Shown piece by piece: positions 57,630 through 64,000 of a stretch of 64,000 bases of DNA. The stretch comes from an uncultured bacterium (lineage in GTDB: Bacteria; Verrucomicrobiota; Verrucomicrobiia; Limisphaerales; UBA8199): NCBI GenBank assembly GCA_963749495.1, contig CAVVMW010000010.1, forward strand, positions 608,001-672,000. The letters are read 5' to 3'. The notes under the pieces are model-generated. The model did no database searches. It had not been told where the DNA came from and saw only the letters and a list, made by a program, of their open reading frames with translations. Numbering within the stretch: position 1 is the stretch's first letter; each line of letters begins with the position of its first letter. A program made the translations under genes and the position numbers.

Positions 57630-58489
57630 ACCCTGTGGGGGCGAGGGTGCGGCGATACGGTGGCGGGCACTCGATGCCTGCTCGCCCAAAGCCGATCCCG
57701 CGATTGCCGCTGCCATTTCCATAACCCACTGACTCCCAACCCACACCGCCAGAAAACCAGCGAATCCTGCCAACCCATCGCTGATTTCTTCTCGGTGACC
57801 CCCTGACTTCACCACAAATCCAAGAAGGTGTCGAGGAAATGTTTTTCGCGGCCGTGAGCACTTCCCATGCCAATGATGGCAATAGATGCTCCCTTGTAAC
57901 CCAGAAGCCCCAAGCAGATGTCCCTCAATATCCCGATTCACCTGGCCATCAATCCCGGTTCACCGCAACCAAACCCAAGTGAAATCCATCGGCCAGGCTC
58001 CCGGTTCAACTGATGACCATAGCCCAGGAGACGTCGACCTGGATGGAGGAGCGGCGAGAGATCTGGCACGCTGCTTTCCCGCGACCCCAAAGGCCCTCAC
58101 GACATTGGGGAAGAATACGGGTTCGCCTCCGTAATCTTGGACTGCCGCTTCACTTCGACCAGCCTCTTTTGCCATTCCTCATCGCATCGGCGCCCCAGGT
58201 CCATGTTCGTCAATCCCTTCACCACGCACCCAAATCCATATTTTCCAATGCCATAGATCCGCAACAATGCCGGCGCTCTCCAGCCCCATCTGTCGGCCGG
58301 GCCATCCAAGCACATGTCCATCAACTCCTGTAAACTCATCTGCTGCTTCCCGGTGGCCACAAAATGATCCAGGAATCGGTTCTTCGTCGCCGCAGTCAGT
58401 CCAATCGCATCGGCCAGGTCGTTCACCGGCCACAATTTCTCTTGGTCGTCTGCAATGCGAATTCCCTCCCGCAGCTTGGCACGTCTATC

Positions 58490-60806
58490 GGCCATGACCT
58501 GGCCGGAAAGGTGATCGTCTCAGGAAACTTGGTCACGCTGACGGTTGGCGGCAATCTGAGCGGAACGGTTACGGTCCAAAACACCCTGACGACATTGGCT
58601 GTGACCGGCGATGTCTTCGGGAACGGTGACCGAGACCGGCACCGTCAGTCTCCTGACCATCGGCGGCTCGCTCACCCAAACCGGCCTGATCCGGGCGGTG
58701 AATAGAATTCCCACTCTTGGCAATATCAACTCGATGAGCGTCGGGCAGAATTTCGCCGGGACGCTGATTGTTTCCGGCACATTAGGCAGCCTGGCCATTG
58801 TGAACGGCTCGATGACGCCCACGGCCAGCCTTGCGGTCGGCGCTCTTGGCGCGATGAAGATTGGGCCTAACTACCTCAGCGTGGGGCAGAACATGGCGGG
58901 TCGAATCACCGTGCTGGGCACCCTCCAGAGTTTGCGGGTTGCGGGCGGGACACCGGGTTCCATCATCGCCGGCCACCTCGGAACCATCTCCGTCTATGGC
59001 GGTTTTGGCCCGGTCGTGCTCGACGTGACGGAGAATGGAATTCAGCGGCTGGTCGAAGCCACGACGCCGAGCACGCCCTATCCGCTGCCCAATCCCTGCT
59101 CGGTCGCGCTGGCCCCCGGTCAAACGGGCTACGTCAACTTCCAGTTCTGCTATGAATCCGGCAGCCGCGCCAACCCGCAACTCACGGCCCGGGTCACGAA
59201 CGGTGTCGGCACCGCTCGAGACCAGTACGACTTCAGCCTCCTGACTTACAGCGACGCCGCCAAGTTCAACCTGGCGCGGCTCGACGCCTCCGGAGTGTCA
59301 GGAATCCGCAACGTCGTGGTGGAAGGCAACCTCCTGACGTCGGTGAGCGCCCAGGCCTCGAGTTTCTTCGGTGGAGACTCCAATCCGGCCGGAATCCGCC
59401 TTCCCAGTGACAACCTGGCCGGCGTCAGCATCCGCAACGTTGCCCCCGACGGATTCATCCAGGCCCTCTCGATCCAAGCGATCGCCTTCGGCTCCGTTCT
59501 GGATGACAACAGGATCCGGACGGGGGCCAACGCCAATGGGGATGACGCGGAGGAACTCCTAACGGGCGGCACGCAGATCGTCCAGGCGGCCGACACGCTC
59601 CGGGTTGCATTCGCCGACCTTCCCAGCCAGCAGGCGGCCCTTTTCATCGCAACCGATAAGAACGGCCGCCACTTCGACAACGACAGCGTGATCTTCGTGG
59701 TTCAGAGTGTCGTCACGGCGAATCCGGCGGGCACGGCCAATATCGTGACCGCGAGCAATGTCGCTCGCGGCGCCGACACCGCGCTGGTGACCGTGATGCC
59801 AACCTACGACCACCACGGCCACCTGGAGGACTCCGTCATCCAAACGATCGCCATCCGCGGCGACGGTGCCTCCATCCAGACCCAGCAATGGATTTCGCAG
59901 TCGATCACCAGCACCGGACCGCTGGGCGACCTGATCCTCCTGTCCAACCAGGGAATCACAGATGTCACGGCCCCCAGCATCTTTGGTTCGATCATTTCCG
60001 GCGGGGCGATAATTGGAACGATCCAGACCACCGGCATTCGCACCGATCCAATTACCGGCGCGACGGCTTCGGTGAGCACTGACTTTGGCAATCTCTATGT
60101 GTCGACCTCGAACGAAGGGCCGGGCAACGAAGGGCGGTGGAACGAAGGGCCGTACTTGACGACCACGGTCGTGGAGACCGAATGCGGAGGCATCAGCGGT
60201 CGAATCATCAGCCGCGGCAACCTGGTCAGCCAAATCACCTCGGATGGCGGTCTGAGCGGCGTGATTGCGGCTCAAGGCAATCTCGGCCTGAACCGGACGG
60301 TTGCGGGCGAGAACACGCGTTTCGGCGGCATCCTTTCCAATGGGCCGGTAAGCGGTTCGGTCGTGATTCTTGGCCAGCAGATCGCGGATGCCACGATTAA
60401 CGGCGGCTTCAAAGGCGGCCACTACGCGGTGGAGGGTGGAATTCTCGGCAATCTCCTGATCAACGGTGGGCTCGATGCCTCGTCCGCGCTCGTTTCCGGG
60501 GGCCAAATCGGCGCCTCTGCCCTCGGCACGACACTGACCGTGAACGGCGACAACAAGGGGATCATTGCCGCCGCCGGGAACATTATTTTCGGAAAGCACG
60601 CACCGAAGGACTACGTTTTCAATAACGTCGGAACCAACACGCAGAATCCGAACGCGGCAGCCCTCAGCGCGATTTTCACCAACAACGGCTCGATTCTGGC
60701 CCTCGACGTGAATCCTCTGGATCTGAAGGGCTTGGCGCTCATCCTAGTCGATTTAGAGAATCTCGCCGTCGGTTCGAATGGCAGTCTGACTGGGCCGGTC
60801 CCCTAG
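58490..60806 (+). pseudogene. C-terminal part of a large Gly/Thr/Asn-rich beta-helical surface protein
   Basis: Long ORF 58611..60806 with G-x-I/L-x-V-x-G repeats; similar sequence upstream in another frame; no N-terminus. Confidence 0.6.
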
Positions 60807-61813
60807 CCCCAGGTTACGAGTTATTTCAAGCGTGCTTCGTAGGTGGTTGTTAACCAAAGCTTTACAACCTTGCCCCCTATGCCCTAAAACGCCGATTTGG
60901 GCGCCTGTAATCCGAGTATTTCGGTCAGGTTCTTGTGAACTTGGTTTCGTTTGGTCAACACCGACTGTTCCATCCTCGCCTGGCCAGCGCAGCCAGCGCG
61001 TTTGGCGGGAAAAACATTGATGACTTGCTGGAGTTGCTCCAACTCATTGAACAGGCCCGCCATGAATAGCCGCAACGCGGCTTGCCCCACGACATCGACG
61101 GCTACATCCAGTAGGGCCAGGACCACCCTGGCCAGGCTGCCAGCACCGAGGTCAGGTTCCTGATGCCCCGGTTGGCGCCGGACCGCGTTGTGCTCGACCG
61201 CGCCGCCCGGAGGTGCCCTTGGGGATGCTCGCAATCGCGTTTCCCTCCAGCCGGGGGCGAACGTTACAAGTTTATCGAGTGTGACCTTAACCATCCCTCA
61301 TGCGCCGCGTTTGAGGTGAAATTGTTGCAGGTAAGACTCGTGCGATGCGTTATCCCTCAGTAAAGGGTGGGAGCGCGGGGTTCACGAGGAGTCGAAGCCC
61401 AGCACGGTTTAGGGGTCGGTATTCCCTTGCGCCAATCGGTTCGGCGACCAGGCCGGTGGGCCCTGGTCCAACCCGCTACGCCGTCTATGGCTCGAAGCCG
61501 CAGGCTCCAGGCGCGCGCTGGAGCCCGCCTTGGCCGGCGACGGCAAGATTGAGGCGGCCGGCTGGACGCGGGTTGCACTGGAGCCACCGACGATGAGTTC
61601 GCTGGCCCCGAATGGGAGTGTCGCGGCTGTGGGGCCTGATTCGAACGCGGCGGATTCGGCGTCCGGGCAACGCGCAGTCACGACATCCAAAGGCGCCCCC
61701 GGCGGCGCCACGGCCCAAACGGGGATAACAGATCCGAGAGCGTTTGGAACGCCTCCGGAAGTGACCGCAACCTAAGACGAATCTGGGTGTTCATCCCATT
61801 TGAAAGTTCCATT

Positions 61814-62474
61814 ATGAAACCAGTGATTGATTCAGAAGAGCTTCTCATCGCGGCGCAGAATCGCGCGCCAACGGGCCGAGCCTCCCGCGCTTTCACTCGC
61901 ACCGAGTTGCTGGTGGTCATTGCCATTATCGGCATTCTGGCCGCCGTTCTGTTTGCCGTCCTGGGGCCGACGAAAGCCAAGGCGCAGAATGCGGTATGTG
62001 TGAATAATCTCCGCCAATTGGGGATTGCCGCCCGCTCATACGCCAAGGACAACAACAACCGACTGCCCAGTGCTGAGAGGTTGCCTACCAAGCCGGCCGA
62101 TCCGCAAAACCCGTTTCCACGCATCTGCGATCTGCTGGCGCGCTATATCGCCCAAGCCGCGGGCACGAACGCCGACCCGGGTAGCGTCTTCAAGTGCCCC
62201 AGGGACAACGCCTGGCCTATTCGCCACCGAGGGCTCCAGCTACGAGTGGAACGCGGATGTGAACGGCCACAGAATTGATGAGCCCCCAAGGCGGGTATTG
62301 GAGGGGGGATCCATCCACCTTCCCAGCGGCCAAATCATCAAGCGGGGCCCCTTCGTGCGGGTTATCGCTCCAGACACGATTCCCTTGTTGCTCGATTACC
62401 GGGACTTTCACCCCGGCACGGGCAAATCGGGCAAGAATGCTGTCTTCATCGACGGGCATGTCGCTCCCCAGTGA
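61814..62474 (+). CDS. Prepilin-type protein, copy 1, frameshift near 62213
   Basis: [20 protein letters not shown]-terminal [17 protein letters not shown]. Confidence 0.75.
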
Positions 62475-62503
62475 ACCGCATCCGCACCAAGGAAAGATCC
62501 ACT

Positions 62504-63178
62504 ATGAAACTAATGATTGATTCAAAAGAGCTTCTCATCGCGACTCAGAATCACCTGCCAACGGGCCGAGCCTCCCGCGCGTTCACTCTCATCGAGTTGC
62601 TGGTGGTCATTGCCATTATCGGCATTCTGGCCGCCATGCTGCTGGCCGTTCTCGGGCGGACGAAAGCCAAAGCCCAGAATGCGGTCTGTGTGAATAATCT
62701 CCGCCAGTTGGGGATTGCCGCCCGCTCGTATACCGGGGACAACAACGAACGCCTGCCCAGTGCTGAGAGGTTGCCCACCCAGCCGGCCAATCCGCAAAAG
62801 CCGTTGCCACGCATCTGCGATCTGCTGGCGCGCTATATCGCCCAAGTCGCGGGCACCACCAACACGGTTAGCGTCTTCAAATGCCCCGTGGACAAGAATA
62901 ACCTATTCGGCACCGAGGGCTCCAGCTACGAGTGGAATACGAGTTTGAACGGCCACCGCATTGATGAAGCTCAACCGCCGTTGACGTTCCAGGTCACATT
63001 CACATCGATAACCAAGGGTCCCAATGGCGGCCCTGGCAGCCAAACTACCACCAATGTCGTGCTGCGCTTTACCCCAGAGACGACGCCCTTGTTGTTCGAT
63101 TACCGGCCCGTTCACCCCCGCGCGGGCAAATCGGGCAAGAATGCTGTCTTCATGGACGGGCATGTCGCTCCCCAGTGA
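62504..63178 (+). CDS. Prepilin-type protein, copy 2 (intact)
   Basis: [23 protein letters not shown]-terminal [17 protein letters not shown]. Confidence 0.85.
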   Translation: MKLMIDSKELLIATQNHLPTGRASRAFTLIELLVVIAIIGILAAMLLAVLGRTKAKAQNAVCVNNLRQLGIAARSYTGDNNERLPSAERLPTQPANPQKPLPRICDLLARYIAQVAGTTNTVSVFKCPVDKNNLFGTEGSSYEWNTSLNGHRIDEAQPPLTFQVTFTSITKGPNGGPGSQTTTNVVLRFTPETTPLLFDYRPVHPRAGKSGKNAVFMDGHVAPQ

Positions 63179-63514
63179 ACCGCATCCGCACCAAGCCAGG
63201 CTTCAGGCTCTGCCGGACCTTGAACCCGGCTATTCAACCCGCGCGATGCGCGCCAAGGAATCGCGCACCTCTTGTTTCAAGTCGGCATCGACTTGATCCC
63301 CAAGTGAACGCGCCGGGCCAGATCGTGACCAGCGACCCCAAGGAGACCGTGCGCCTCATCGGCCGGAACATCCTCCTCGTCGAGGAGCACACCCCCCGGA
63401 ACCGCCCGAGGTGAATCCCTTCCCCGCCAGGAAAGGGGCCGAACAAAAACGCGCGGGCATCGTCTAACCAGGAATAGAGAAACAAACATGAACTCGAAAA
63501 GACTCGCAGTTTGC

Positions 63515-63778
63515 CTACTGGCAGCCGCCTCCCTCTCGGTAATGGTCCATGCGCGGGCGCACGAAGATGCCCTTGGGGCAAAGCCGGCCCGCCGTGGCGC
63601 TGGGCATGGCTGAATGCACGCCAAACCTCCGCGCCTCGTAGCTGGCCGCGCAGACCACGCCGCGTTGGGTTGGCGGCGCGCCGACAATGACCGGTTGGCC
63701 GCGCAGCGCCGGATTATCGCGCTGCTCGACCGACGCGTAAAACGCATCCATGTCCAGATGGAAGATCACGCGAAACAT
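63515..63778 (-). pseudogene. dinB: DNA polymerase IV N-terminal fragment
   Basis: [39 protein letters not shown]. Confidence 0.85.
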
Positions 63779-64000
63779 CGCCCGAGAGATTGACACAACG
63801 GGCTACGAGCGCAAAGGCTTACCGATGCGTCCTTGGCCTCATCGCGTTGGTCGTCTCGCTCCACGGCCTGGTCTCAATTGCAGGCCAGTGCGTGCTCGAT
63901 GATCGCGGCCGCCAGGGACCGGGTCCAGGTCAGCAGCACCGACTGCGCCCGGCGGGGGAGTTCGGCAACGAGCGGAGCGGCCACCGTGCCCAGCCAAGGC

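Noticed and set aside
60108..60152. Three 15-bp aacgaagggc repeats (similar 15-bp duplication at 36044-36075)
   Set aside because: Short in-frame slippage repeats without spacers; not CRISPR-like

Overview
GC-rich bacterial DNA whose gene repertoire (prepilin/H-X9-DG proteins, ECF sigma factors with long C-terminal extensions, fused lpxC-fabZ, autotransporter-repeat proteins) suggests a Verrucomicrobiota/PVC genome; this is an inference. The window is a patchwork: many genes stop abruptly and join unrelated fragments, and many carry single-base frameshifts, so assembly or sequencing artefacts are likely and gene adjacencies should be read cautiously. Recognisable content: a GH116 hydrolase, peptide deformylase, fabG, lpxC-fabZ, lpxA, a dinB fragment, five prepilin-like genes, a satellite/ICE-like regulator-excisionase-DUF3987 module, a dense IS cluster (IS4-like, DUF4338+ISKra4, IS66, ISL3, IS21, IS701), and a Thoeris thsA-thsB pair overlapping a DUF499-type gene end. 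The best candidate for something new is an 824-nt ORF-less group II intron-like RNA (9258-10081, minus strand) inserted in one arm of a REP-like palindrome. It has an EBS1 loop complementary to the flanking exon, non-canonical ends (CCGCG...ACC) and a domain V carrying an extra hairpin. Also notable are four 20-21 nt palindromic micro-insertions clustered in one mobile element, and a ~760-aa HIT/GalT-like (DUF4922-type) protein with a long unassigned N-terminus.
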